Part shown: in pieces, positions 39,226 through 49,177 of the stretch
Layout of the letters: each line of letters begins with the position of its first letter
How positions within the stretch are numbered: position 1 is the first letter of the stretch
Source: a bacterium
GTDB lineage: Bacteria; UBA8248
NCBI GenBank assembly: GCA_965219955.1
Contig: OZ244799.1
Span: 416,001-480,000, forward strand
Reading direction: 5' to 3'
DNA: 64,000 nucleotides
Program-made: the position numbers and the translations under genes
The notes under the pieces: generated by a model
What the model saw: the letters and a program-made list of their open reading frames with translations, nothing else
The model's database searches: none
Told to the model about the DNA's origin: nothing

Positions 39226-39996
39226 TTGAGCGAGACGACCTACAACCTCTACGCCCTGTGCCAGGGCTCACGCGCGTGCGACGCCTCCTGGCTTTTATAT
39301 CTCAGCGAATCGGGGAGGACGCGCACGCTGCCCTATTTCTTCTGGGTGCTGATGCCCGAAGGCGAGGGCGCCCCGGTCGTCATCGACACCGGCTTCAGCG
39401 AGGAGTCCCAGAAGAAGCGAAACCCCGACTACGCCGACTACCGCCCGCAGCATGAGTTGCTCAAGAATTTCGATCTGAAGCCGTCCGAAGTCGAGACGCT
39501 CATCGTGAGCCACCTCCATTGGGATCACTTCATGTCGCCGAGGCTGTTCACCGGGGCGCGGTTTTATCTCCAGAAGCGCGAACTCGATTTCTGGCGGAGC
39601 GACGCGGCGGAATACCACTTCATCAACCATTTCCTGGGCGATCTCGAAGAAGCGGAGAAGCTGCTTGAAGCAGGCCGTATGAAACTCGTGGACGGGGAGG
39701 CGGAGATTGCCGACGGCGTGCGCGTCCACTGGACGGGCGGCCACACGCCGGGCCACCAGATCGTCCGCTTCCGAACGGCGCGCGGCTGGGCGGTGCTCGC
39801 CGTGGACGCGGCCTATCTCTACCGGAGCCTCGAATCCATGATACCGCCGGGCATCCACATCCACGTGGACGACGCCCTGCGCGCCTTGGAGACCGTGAAG
39901 GACCTCGCCGACGCCCCCGACCTCATCTTCGCCGGCCACGACGAGACGGACTTGAGACGGGAGGAGGTGTACCCGGGCGTGAGGCGGTTTGTGTAG
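39226..39996 (+). CDS. MBL-fold hydrolase, N-acyl-homoserine lactonase family
   Basis: AGGAGG RBS plus TTG; IDTG, SHLHWDH, GHTPGHQ and GHD. Confidence 0.88.
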   Translation: MSETTYNLYALCQGSRACDASWLLYLSESGRTRTLPYFFWVLMPEGEGAPVVIDTGFSEESQKKRNPDYADYRPQHELLKNFDLKPSEVETLIVSHLHWDHFMSPRLFTGARFYLQKRELDFWRSDAAEYHFINHFLGDLEEAEKLLEAGRMKLVDGEAEIADGVRVHWTGGHTPGHQIVRFRTARGWAVLAVDAAYLYRSLESMIPPGIHIHVDDALRALETVKDLADAPDLIFAGHDETDLRREEVYPGVRRFV

Positions 39997-40017
39997 GGGA
40001 GTGGTTGTAAAGGGATC

Positions 40018-40511
40018 GTAGGGGCGGACCGATGTGTCCGCCCTGTCGGCTACCCAAGTAGAGAGGAAATTCACTCCCCCCTTGAGGGGGAGTCAGTGAG
40101 CTAAGGGCGCAAGCCCGCAAGCGAACTGGTGGGGGGTATAATTCGGAATGGCGATAAAACGCGATTCACCCCCCACCGAATCGGCCTTTGCACAAACCGC
40201 TCGGCCTCTTCGACTCCCCCTCAAGGGGGGAGTGGATACTTTTTTGCGGGTGTTGCTTTTTCTTGCCCCCCTGTCAAGGGGGGGGTAGGGGGGTTGGTTT
40301 TCAAGGCGAGAGCCTGCGCCGTCGCCCGGTTTCGAGTTTTGGCCGTCATTCCGGCAATCATTTCCGACCAAGGCGGGAGGGAATGCGGAATCCATTTTCA
40401 AGCAGAATGACAATACGCCGGCTTTTCATCTCCCCGTCATTGGCGCGAACCAATCAAAAAATAAAAAACAAAGGCAAAACAAATGGATTCCGGCTCAAGG
40501 CCGGAATGACG
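40018..40511. repeat. Repeat cluster: GTAG REP, family B, half family C, and a family A doublet with loop insertion
   Basis: The family A spacer is the reverse complement of the one at 57210-57343. The C-linker-A junction recurs at 50770-50848. Confidence 0.85.
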
Positions 40512-40745
40512 ATCAAAAGCCATTTGCCTTTCCTGCACTCTCGGCTTTACCCACGCATTTCCCCGCAATTGCCGTACTCCGTGTAACCCCGCATTCCGGT
40601 ATCGTGCGCGCGACGCGGGAAAGAAATTCGCCCGCGTGATTTGGAATGGAACCGGAAGGAGAGGAGGCTTTCTCATGGGATGCGGTGATGAGGCGAGCGT
40701 GAAGGCGGCGATCCCTTTTGAAAAGTCCGCAAACGCTCGCTCCGC

Positions 40746-40964
40746 GGGGCTGTTGATAAAGTCCTGTCTGCGACCCACGCAAACGGCCAACGCCTCTTTC
40801 CTCACCCTGAGTAGCCGCCGAAGGCGGCGTATCGGAAGGGCGAGGGGTGTCGAACGCCTTGTGCCGGGTGAGAGCAAACACTCATTCATCAATCGCGTTT
40901 GACCTTCGATACGCGGCTCCGCCGCTACTCAGGATGAGGCGGAGAGGGGTTTTTCAACAGCTCC
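40746..40964. mobile_element. MITE-like composite with a family D pair
   Basis: GGGGCTGTTGATAAA...TTTTTCAACAGCTCC enclosing 40801-40939. Confidence 0.65.
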
Positions 40965-41365
40965 TCCTCACTCGTGTTTGACCTCCTCAGGGGGGCTTTT
41001 TCTCGCCGCGGCGGTGCGCTCATGGAACGGGGATGGATGATGAAAATGAAAATAATGATATTTTCGATAAAATTGGATAAATTCACGATGTTTTTCGATA
41101 AATTTCTGAAATTTCATACTCCCGTAAATTGCTGTAATCAAAAGAGTTACATTTCAAATCTTAGCGTATCGCACTCAGATTCGGCGGCAAAAAAAGTTTT
41201 CTGGTTCCCGCGCATTTGCCCGCAACTCCGCGCATTTCCCCGTCCCGCATCATGACGCAGGCGAGTCCCTCCCTCCCCGGTCAGGATCGACGGAAAGCAT
41301 GGCGGTATCAAAGACCTTGGGGTATGGTGTCGCCCAACCATTCACCTCCAGATAGGGAACGCGAC

Positions 41366-42379
41366 ATGAAAGTAGGGCTCTTCATCACCAACCAGCAGCA
41401 CTTGGAAACCGACATGGTCAGCGCCCTGGACGAGCAGTACGCCATGGTGCGCCTGGCGCGCGACAAGGGCTGGGACTCGCTCTTCACCGGGCAGCACTAC
41501 CTGAACGAGGGCAACAACAAGCAGCTCCAGATCGTGCCCTTCCTCGCGCGGCTCCAGGCCGAGGCGGGCGAGATGACGCTCGGGCTCGGCATCCTGCTCA
41601 TCAACCTGCACAACCCGGTCTACGTCGCCGAGACGGTGGCGACGATGGACGTCCTCTGCCGGGGGAACTTCGTGTTCGGGATAGGCCTCGGCTACCGCGA
41701 GGCGGAGTTCGACGCCTTCCAGGTGCCGAAAGGACAGCGCGTGCGACGCTTCGAGGAGTGCCTGGAACTCGTGAAGCGCCTCTGGACGGAGGAGGAGGTC
41801 ACCTGGGAGGATGAGGTCTGCAAGCTCGACGCCGTGCGCATGAACATCCGCCCCGTGCAGAAGCCGTATCCGCCGATCTGGGTGGCGGCGAATAACGACA
41901 AGGCCATCGAGCGCGCCGCGCGCATCGGGGACAACTGGTTCATCAACCCCCACTCCACCACGGCGACCATCAAACGCCAGATGACGCTCTACCGCGCGGA
42001 ACTCGACCGCTGCGGCAAGCCGTTCCCGGCCGAATTTCCCTGCATCAAGGAGGTCTTCTGCAGCCACGACAAAAAGAGCGCCCTCGAGATGGCGGGGCCC
42101 TATCTGTTCGGCAAATACCAGGACTACGCCAAGTGGGGCCAGGACGACGCCATGCCCGAGGATGAGAGCTTCGACCAGGAATTCGACGATTTGCTCAAGG
42201 ACCGCTTCGTCCTCGGCTCGCCCGAGGAGTGCTACGAGCAACTCCGCCCCTACTGGGAGGAGGTGGGGATGAACCACCTCGTCATCCGCACCCACTGGGC
42301 GGGGATGCCGCTTTCCACGGCGCTTCACAGCATGCGGATGATCTCGGACGAACTCATGCCGGCGCTCCGGAAAATCTGA
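41366..42379 (+). CDS. LLM-class (luciferase-like) flavin-dependent oxidoreductase
   Basis: GQH, NPVYVAE..ATMD, G.GLGYR..EF, PVQKPYPPIW and GSPEE. Confidence 0.92.
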   Translation: MKVGLFITNQQHLETDMVSALDEQYAMVRLARDKGWDSLFTGQHYLNEGNNKQLQIVPFLARLQAEAGEMTLGLGILLINLHNPVYVAETVATMDVLCRGNFVFGIGLGYREAEFDAFQVPKGQRVRRFEECLELVKRLWTEEEVTWEDEVCKLDAVRMNIRPVQKPYPPIWVAANNDKAIERAARIGDNWFINPHSTTATIKRQMTLYRAELDRCGKPFPAEFPCIKEVFCSHDKKSALEMAGPYLFGKYQDYAKWGQDDAMPEDESFDQEFDDLLKDRFVLGSPEECYEQLRPYWEEVGMNHLVIRTHWAGMPLSTALHSMRMISDELMPALRKI

Positions 42380-42568
42380 GGGATTTCCGTCCTGCCGACA
42401 GGGGGAGAATTCACGGGCGGCGAAGCCCGGCTCCCCGGTATGTCATGGCCCCGCAGGCTTCGGACTCAAGCTTAGGGCCGTGAAAATCCCTCGTGCATAG
42501 ACGGGTGAAACGTGGTATATTGACGCCACTTCAAGACAGCGCATGGCCGCAAAATGTGGGGGTTCGAT

Positions 42569-43090
42569 ATGTCTGAAAAAAGGATGATATCTTTCGTTCT
42601 CAACGGCGAACCCGTCGATGCGATGGTTCCCGTGAACCGCTATCTGGTGGACCTCATCCGCGAGGATTTGGGCATGATGGGCACCAAGCGCGCCTGCGAT
42701 CAGGGGGCGTGCGGCTCCTGCTCGATCATCATGGACGGTGAACTCATCAGCTCCTGCCTCGTCCTCGCGGTGCGCGCCGACGGGGCGAACGTCGAGACGA
42801 TAGAAGGCCTCGGCGGCCTCGAAGACCTGCATCCCCTGCAAGCCGCCTTCGCCTCCTACGGCGCCACGCAGTGCGGCTATTGCACGCCGGGGATGATCGT
42901 CTCGGCCAAGAAGCTGCTCGAGGAGAATCCCGACCCCTCAGAGGCGGAGATTCAGCACTGGCTCACCGGAAACCTCTGCCGCTGCACGGGGTATCGCCAG
43001 ATCATCTCGGCGATTCGCGCCGTGGCCGAGGGCAGGACCGAACCCGAATCCCCCATCACGGTGCCCACGGTGAAGGCCTACGACGACTAA
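42569..43090 (+). CDS. 2x[2Fe-2S] small subunit of the xanthine/CO dehydrogenase family (CoxS-like)
   Basis: GTKRACDQGACGSC, SC, QCGYCTPG and GNLCRCTGY. Confidence 0.93.
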   Translation: MSEKRMISFVLNGEPVDAMVPVNRYLVDLIREDLGMMGTKRACDQGACGSCSIIMDGELISSCLVLAVRADGANVETIEGLGGLEDLHPLQAAFASYGATQCGYCTPGMIVSAKKLLEENPDPSEAEIQHWLTGNLCRCTGYRQIISAIRAVAEGRTEPESPITVPTVKAYDD

Positions 43091-43119
43091 TTCATCTCCT
43101 CCGATAAAAGGAGGCCGCC

Positions 43120-43575
43120 ATGAAACGAATGATCGAACACGTCGCCCTGCGCGTCACGAATCTCGAAAAATCCATCTCGTTCTACCGCGACGTGATGGGT
43201 TTCAAGCCCATCGGGCGCCGGCTCATCCACGGCGGCGAGATCGACCAGGTCGTCTTCCGCGTGGGGGAGGACATCCTCGTCCTGTTTCACGCCAAGGATT
43301 TCGTGTCCGACGACGTCGAGGTGAAGGGCGGGATGGATCACCTCGCGTTTTGCATGGATGACGCCGAATACCACAATGTAATCAATCGCTTACGGGCGAG
43401 CGGCCGGGAGCCTCACCGCGGCGAGGAGAAGAACCTCGGTGCCTACGGCGTGGGCTACGCCACCTATTTCTACGATCCCGACAACGTCGAACTCGAGATC
43501 AAGCGCTACGACGATCCCCCCGAACAGCCGGGCCCGGAGTGGTACGAGAGCGGTCGGAAGATGAGCGTCTCCTAG
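43120..43575 (+). CDS. VOC (glyoxalase) family protein
   Basis: EHVALRV...FY..VMG, DHLAF and YFYDPDN.ELE. Confidence 0.88.
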   Translation: MKRMIEHVALRVTNLEKSISFYRDVMGFKPIGRRLIHGGEIDQVVFRVGEDILVLFHAKDFVSDDVEVKGGMDHLAFCMDDAEYHNVINRLRASGREPHRGEEKNLGAYGVGYATYFYDPDNVELEIKRYDDPPEQPGPEWYESGRKMSVS

Positions 43576-44006
43576 GCGCAACTCCCCGCAGTTCCACGCA
43601 TCTGCCGTCACGGGAGAAGGCGCGGGCCATGGCAGAATCCTCATGCGTCGCGGTTCTGCGGCGTCTTTTCCCGAGAAAAAATTTGTCGGTAATTTATCGA
43701 AAAACCCCGTGAATTTATCTGAATTTATCTGATTTTTCAGATATTATTTTTTGCATTTTAAACCTTCCTCACTTCGCCTGAGCGAACGACCGTAGTCGTC
43801 GATCCGCGCCTCCGTTCCTTGAAAAACCGGGGGCCTTCGGAAAGTCTGTCCCGCATTTCCTTCATCGCGTAAAACCCATGACGCCGAATGCGAAGAGATG
43901 CGTTGGCCGAACCCGACCGGGGAAGGAGGTCGGACCCGACTGAGGAGGGAGGGTCCGCCGGATGAGGAACGAGCAATTCCCGACCGGGGCGGCGGGCCTT
44001 GTGTCC

Positions 44007-45002
44007 TTACGCACGCCCGCCTGCGCGTTCGAAAATCCCGCGCAACTCCTCCGGGTCCTGCGTATGGGCGAGCGCCACCATCAGCAGGGTCCGGGCCTTG
44101 ATTCCGCTCAGGTAGCCTGCGGAAATCGCCCCGCGCTCGATCAGGCTGCGGAAAGAGCCCTCATGCGCCTTGGCGCGGTGCGGCGCGCCCGCGAAGATGC
44201 GCACCCCGAGCACCACGGGAATCCCCGCTTCGAGAGCGTCGCAAAGGGCGTGGTAAAAAGGAACGTTCACGTTGCCCGCGCCGACGCCCTCCACGACGAT
44301 CCCGTCCACGCGCTCTTTGATGCACGCGCGTACGAGCAGGTCGTTCACCCCCTGGGTCACGGTGAGGAACTGCACGTTCTCCTTGAGGGCCGGCACCTCG
44401 AAGTGGAGCCGCCGCTCGGGTCGGTAGTGAAAGAAGACGCCCTCGTCCGAAACGACGCCGATGGGCCCGCCGTCTCTCGAGGCGAAGGCATGGGGCCGCT
44501 GGCTGTGCACCTTGATGACGTCGCGCGCGGCGAATATCTCGCCATCGAGAGCGACCATCACGCCCCGGCCCCGCGCCTCGGGTGAGGCTGCGATCTTCGC
44601 GGCATAGAAGATGTTCCTCGGGCCGTCCGCGTCCCGGGCGACGGAATTTCGCATCGCCCCCGTAATCACGACGGGCTTGTCATCCCCCAGGGTCAGGTCC
44701 AGGAGATAGGCCGTTTCCTCCATGGTGGCCGTTCCGTGCGTGACCACGGCCCCGGCCGTCTCCTCATCCGCCAGAATCCCGCGCAGGCGGTCGCGAAGGC
44801 CGAAGGCCGTCGCCGTCTCCATCAGGTCGCTGGTGACGTTCGAGTGCTCGACCACGCGCACCTCCGCCGCACCCCCGAGTTCGGGAACGGACGAGACCAA
44901 CTCCTCTGCGCTCGCCGCCGGTACGTTCTCCCCGCCGCGCGTGTCGTATTTTGAGGAAATCGTCCCTCCGGTCGTCACTATCGCAACGGAAGGCTTGTTC
45001 AT
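44007..45002 (-). CDS. L-asparaginase/glutaminase family enzyme
   Basis: TTGGTI, THGTATMEETAY, TGAM, DGPRN and GAGN. Confidence 0.92.
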   Translation of the reverse strand: MNKPSVAIVTTGGTISSKYDTRGGENVPAASAEELVSSVPELGGAAEVRVVEHSNVTSDLMETATAFGLRDRLRGILADEETAGAVVTHGTATMEETAYLLDLTLGDDKPVVITGAMRNSVARDADGPRNIFYAAKIAASPEARGRGVMVALDGEIFAARDVIKVHSQRPHAFASRDGGPIGVVSDEGVFFHYRPERRLHFEVPALKENVQFLTVTQGVNDLLVRACIKERVDGIVVEGVGAGNVNVPFYHALCDALEAGIPVVLGVRIFAGAPHRAKAHEGSFRSLIERGAISAGYLSGIKARTLLMVALAHTQDPEELRGIFERAGGRA

Positions 45003-45311
45003 GGCGTCTCCCTTTTCGTTTCTTGAAGTACGGTTCGTGAATGGCGCTGTGTAAGATGAGGCGAGCGCATTGTGGCCCCGCAAGGGGACGACCGCAAGGC
45101 GGGACGGAGGAAGGGGAATTTATCGAGACATGAGAGGGGAGGAGAGCGTTTGCGCCTTTGTAGGGGCGGCTCGCGAGCCGCCCTCATGGTTGATGAATTG
45201 ACCCGATGCGTAGGCGTTTCTTGCTTATCCCCGCGCAATGCGCCAAAAATGGATACGGACGGGACGGCTGATCACCGCCCGCGCCCGAATCGCCGCCTGT
45301 GGGGATGTGTA

Positions 45312-45809
45312 ATGTCGATGTCCTTTGGCTCCTGGCTGCGCCTGAGTTGCGCCGTCTGGGTCGGCGTGATGGCCGGGTTTTTCTTCGCGTTCTCGTTCGT
45401 GGTCATGCCCGGCCTCGGGGCCATGGAGCCGCTCGCCGCCCTGGCCTCCATGCAGGCGGTCAACCTGGCCGTGAGAAACGCCGTCTTCGCGCTCGGCTTT
45501 TTCGGCGCATTGATACTATGTATCGCCGTGGCGCTTCACGCGCTGATTCACCGCGACGCCCCCGCCTGCTGGTTAGCACTTTCCGCCGCCCTCATCTACC
45601 TCATCGGCGCATTCGGCGTGACCAGCCTTTTCAACGTGCCGCTGAACGGCGAAATCGCGCCCCTGGATCCGGCCAGGCCCGAGAACGCAGGCGTGATGGT
45701 CTCCTATCTCGCGGAATGGACCCTCTGGAACCACGTCCGCACCCTCGCAAGCCTCGCCGCGTTCGTCCTGCTGCTTTTGAGTTTGTGCTACGGGAGAGGG
45801 GAGGGGTAG
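45312..45809 (+). CDS. DUF1772 / anthrone oxygenase-like membrane protein
   Basis: AGFFFAFS..VMPGL, MQAVN, NVPLN and W..WNHVRT. Confidence 0.85.
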   Translation: MSMSFGSWLRLSCAVWVGVMAGFFFAFSFVVMPGLGAMEPLAALASMQAVNLAVRNAVFALGFFGALILCIAVALHALIHRDAPACWLALSAALIYLIGAFGVTSLFNVPLNGEIAPLDPARPENAGVMVSYLAEWTLWNHVRTLASLAAFVLLLLSLCYGRGEG

Positions 45810-45821
45810 CGCTGTCCCTAC

Positions 45822-46128
45822 AGGGTTGTTGAAAAACTCTGGAACTTTGGATTTGTCGTATGTAACCGACCGACGAGAGAGAAAAATCACTCCCCCCTTG
45901 AGGGTCGGGCTTCCCGAGGGGAAAGCCCGACGAGGAAGCCGAGCGGTTTGTGCGAAGGCTGAATCGGTGGGGGGTAAAATGCGTTTTATCGTCAGCCCGA
46001 ATTATACCCCCCACCGAATCGCTTTCGGGCTTACGCCCTCAGCTCTTCGTCGGGCTTTCCCCTCGGGAAGCCCGACCCTCAAGGGGGGAGTGGTTGTTGA
46101 GTGCTCTCAAGGGCTTTTCAACAACCCC
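45822..46128. mobile_element. MITE-like composite with a family B element; CCTAC on both flanks
   Basis: AGGGTTGTTGAAAAA...CTTTTCAACAACCCC; paralog of 30552-30853. Confidence 0.75.
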
Positions 46129-46153
46129 CCTACGGGGTGAATGGGATTCGATC

Positions 46154-46425
46154 GTAGGGACAACCCCCTGGTGGTTGTCCCCTATCGGAGCGAACACGAT
46201 TCAGACAAGCCGGGACAGGCGCAGGGGCCTGCCCCTACTATCTCCAAGACGTAAATACCCGTCATTCCGGCATTCGCCGGAATGACGACGCTGTATGGTG
46301 ATTTCGACTGAGTGGGGCGGGAATGCCTTTGTAGGGGCGGCTCGCGAGCCGCCCGTGCAGGTTCAACCCTGCGGGATCGAGAGGGAATAAACGACACCAG
46401 GGCGGACACGCGGGTCCGCCCCTAC
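46154..46425. repeat. GTAG REP pairs plus a collapsed family A palindrome
   Basis: CGTCATTCCGGCATTCGCCGGAATGACG at 46260-46287. CCTTTGTAGGGGCGGCTCGCGAGCCGCCC also occurs near 45155. Confidence 0.8.
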
Positions 46426-46467
46426 CAGAGAAACAAGAAGGGTCGGTTCACGTCCCTTATGAAACCC

Positions 46468-46911
46468 CTACTTCTTGATCGAAAGAAACTTGAGCACCAC
46501 GCCGTCGGGGTCTTTGCAGAAGAAGATTTTCGAGCCCTGGATGGGGCCGCTCGGCACCGTGGCGGGTTCCGGCGAACACATGGTGGTGCCGTCCGCTTTG
46601 AGTTTCTCATAAAGGGCTTCCGCGTCGTCCACGACGAAGCCGATCTGCAGGCAGCCCGCGTTGTTGGGGGAGGTGTCCACCGCATCGCCCGCCGCGCCCT
46701 TGTACTCCATGAGTTCTAAGTGAAGCCCGTGGCCGCCCATGTGCACCACGCGGAGAATCGCGCCGGGAACGCCCGTCACCTGTGCGGAGAAATCCGGCGT
46801 TCGCTCCGAATCCGATTCCACCTCGAAGCCGAAGTTCCCGGCGTACCATTTAGAAGACGCGTCCGCGTCTTTTACCGTAAGCGATACGTTATGAAAGCGT
46901 TGGATGCTCAT
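46468..46911 (-). CDS. VOC family protein
   Basis: V.D...S..WY...FGF, LELMEY and DPDG. Confidence 0.85.
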   Translation of the reverse strand: MSIQRFHNVSLTVKDADASSKWYAGNFGFEVESDSERTPDFSAQVTGVPGAILRVVHMGGHGLHLELMEYKGAAGDAVDTSPNNAGCLQIGFVVDDAEALYEKLKADGTTMCSPEPATVPSGPIQGSKIFFCKDPDGVVLKFLSIKK

Positions 46912-47016
46912 GGGTGTTGTCTCCTGTGATTCTGAAAAATGGCGCTCTTTTATATCTATAATCGCGCAGATGGCGTCAGGTTCCGTATAAGTTCATCCCT
47001 TTATGCCGGTATAAAA

Positions 47017-47415
47017 CTATTCGGAAGTGTCTTTCGGCTTCAGGTCCAAAGAAGCCGAGTTCATGCAGTAGCGAAGGCCGGTGGGCGCAGGGCCGTCGGG
47101 GAACACGTGGCCCAGATGCGCGCCGCAGTTCGAACACACCACCTCCACGCGGCGCATCCAGAAAGAGTTGTCCTCCTTCTCGCCCACGTTCTCGGGCTTG
47201 AGCGGCTGGTAGAAGCTCGGCCAGCCCGTACCCGAGTCGAACTTGGTCTCGGCGTCGAAAAGCTCCGTCCCGCAGCACACGCACGCATAGATGCCGTCAT
47301 CGTGGCAGTCCCAGTATTTCCCGCTGAAGGCGCGCTCGGTGCCCGCCTTTCTGGTGACGTGGTACTGCTCGGGCGTGAGTTGCTCGCGCCACTCCGCATC
47401 GGTTTTCTCTATCAT
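47017..47415 (-). CDS. msrB: Peptide methionine-(R)-sulfoxide reductase
   Basis: [33 protein letters not shown] and Zn-binding CxxC pairs. Confidence 0.96.
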   Translation of the reverse strand: MIEKTDAEWREQLTPEQYHVTRKAGTERAFSGKYWDCHDDGIYACVCCGTELFDAETKFDSGTGWPSFYQPLKPENVGEKEDNSFWMRRVEVVCSNCGAHLGHVFPDGPAPTGLRYCMNSASLDLKPKDTSE

Positions 47416-47508
47416 GTCGAATCTCCTTCTCGCTTTCCGGTTCGCTACACGGATAGAATCCTCAAAAACCGCGTGAAATACAAGAGGCAATTCGATGCTC
47501 CTCTTTCC

Positions 47509-48684
47509 TCACAGGTGGGGCAGGGCTTTCAGGACGTTCACCTGGTTCGTGTTGCCCATATGGTAAAGCTGAATGGCGTCGCGGTAGACCTTCTCGACCG
47601 GCGCGTCCTTCATCACGCCCATGCCGCCCCAGATTTCCACCGCCCGGGTGGCCATGTAGTTCAGCGTCTCGACGGTGAGCACCTTGGTCGCCCGCGCGAG
47701 TTTCTGGTCGTGGACTCCTTCGTCGATGCTCCAGGCGGCGCGCCATAGCAGCGTTCTCGCCGCTTCGAGGCGGGTGAACATCTCGAGCAGGAGCGCGCCG
47801 ACGAGGTCGTGTTCGATGATGGGCTTTCCGCCCTGCACGCGCTCGCGCGCATAGGAGAGCGCCAGGTCGTGGGCGCGGCGGGCGATGCCCAAAGATGTCG
47901 CCGTTGCCTCCACGGTGCCGACGTTGACGACGCTCTTGCGACCTTCCTGGAACCTGTCCTCCTCGCCCAGGCGGTCTTCCACCGGCACCCGCACGTCGCG
48001 GAAGATGAGGTCGTGCTGGGGGTAGCACCTGAGCCCCACCTTATCGTGCAGCCTGCCGACCTCGAAGCCCTCGTGCGGCGGAAAAATCATGAACCCCGTC
48101 ACGCCCTTCGTCCACGGGACGCTCCTGTCCGTCCGGGCGAATGCGGTGACGTATTTCGCCTGCGCGCCCATGGCGATGAACTGCTTCATGCCGTTCAAGA
48201 CGTAATGATCCCCCTCGCGCACCGCGCTCAGGGCGGGGCCTGCGGCCGGGTCCGCATCGAAGGGGAGGGCGTTGTCGCTGCCAGCGCCTGGCTCCGTGAT
48301 GGCGATGCCGATGCAATAGAGCGGGTCTTCGAGATAGGCGGGGACCACGCGCGCGAGTTGTTCGGGCGTCGCCACGGCGATCAAGCCCGCTACCGCCTTC
48401 CAGTTGTGGCTGTACACCTTGGAGACGGCGGGCGAGCCGGCGGAGAGCTCCTCCACCACGATGCACTGGGTGAGCACGTCGGCCCCGTCGCCGCCGTGCG
48501 CCTCGGGTACGCCCAGGGAGTGGAAGCCGAGCGCGGCGCCCCGCTTCACCAGGTCGTAAGCGAACTTGTCCTCCCCGTCGGGGCGCTTTTCGAGTTCGGC
48601 CACGACGGGCAGCATCTCCTCCATCGCGAATTTCCGCGCGAGGAGTTGCAGGCTCTTCTGTTCTTCACTCAGTTCGAAGTCCAT
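47509..48684 (-). CDS. Acyl-CoA dehydrogenase
   Basis: ITEPGAGSD, LNG.KQFI, R.QGGKPI and GGMG.....PVEK.YRD. Confidence 0.93.
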   Translation of the reverse strand: MDFELSEEQKSLQLLARKFAMEEMLPVVAELEKRPDGEDKFAYDLVKRGAALGFHSLGVPEAHGGDGADVLTQCIVVEELSAGSPAVSKVYSHNWKAVAGLIAVATPEQLARVVPAYLEDPLYCIGIAITEPGAGSDNALPFDADPAAGPALSAVREGDHYVLNGMKQFIAMGAQAKYVTAFARTDRSVPWTKGVTGFMIFPPHEGFEVGRLHDKVGLRCYPQHDLIFRDVRVPVEDRLGEEDRFQEGRKSVVNVGTVEATATSLGIARRAHDLALSYARERVQGGKPIIEHDLVGALLLEMFTRLEAARTLLWRAAWSIDEGVHDQKLARATKVLTVETLNYMATRAVEIWGGMGVMKDAPVEKVYRDAIQLYHMGNTNQVNVLKALPHL

Positions 48685-48775
48685 GCGGTTTCCTTATCGG
48701 TTTATTTCCGGTGGTTGGTTAGATGAGAGGTTTCTTTTTCTCCTGAATATGATGCCTCACTATCCGTATCCCGAT

Positions 48776-49155
48776 GGAGGTGTTGAAAAACTCCATCGAG
48801 GAGGAAGTGGCGCCTGCGCCCGGTTTCGGGTTTTGGCCGTCATTCCGGCGAAAGCCGGAATCCATTTTCGCCTTTGCCTTTTCGCTTTCTCGTTCGGACG
48901 TCTTTACGCCCGGGCAGGGAGGAGCCGAATCGAACACAAAAACGAAAGGCGAATCCTCTGGATTCCGCATCCGGACTCCGCGCAACAACAAGGTCGTGGC
49001 CGCTCCGCCCGGTGAAAAGTCAAAATGGATTCCGGCTTTCGCCGGAATGACGACTTCGTGGTGAACCGCACCAGCCGTCTCCGTAACGACGCCCGAATTT
49101 AAGCGCGCACGAAACGCATCGTCAATTCTAACCGAGAAGGTCTTTCAACACCCCC
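48776..49155. mobile_element. MITE-like composite with a family A doublet (48838-49052)
   Basis: GGAGGTGTTGAAAAA...TCTTTCAACACCCCC. The right part is paralogous to 5438-5747; the left part differs. Confidence 0.75.
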
Positions 49156-49177
49156 TTTTCTCTCGGAATGCACGCCC

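Noticed and set aside
47017-47415. Selenocysteine-type MsrB
   Set aside because: The catalytic residue is encoded as Cys (RYCMNS) with no in-frame TGA.
48719-49064. Small ORFs with VIPAKAGI / SFRRKPES / WIPAFAGMT or TPPLRG peptides
   Set aside because: These are translations of the palindromic repeats, with no independent coding evidence.
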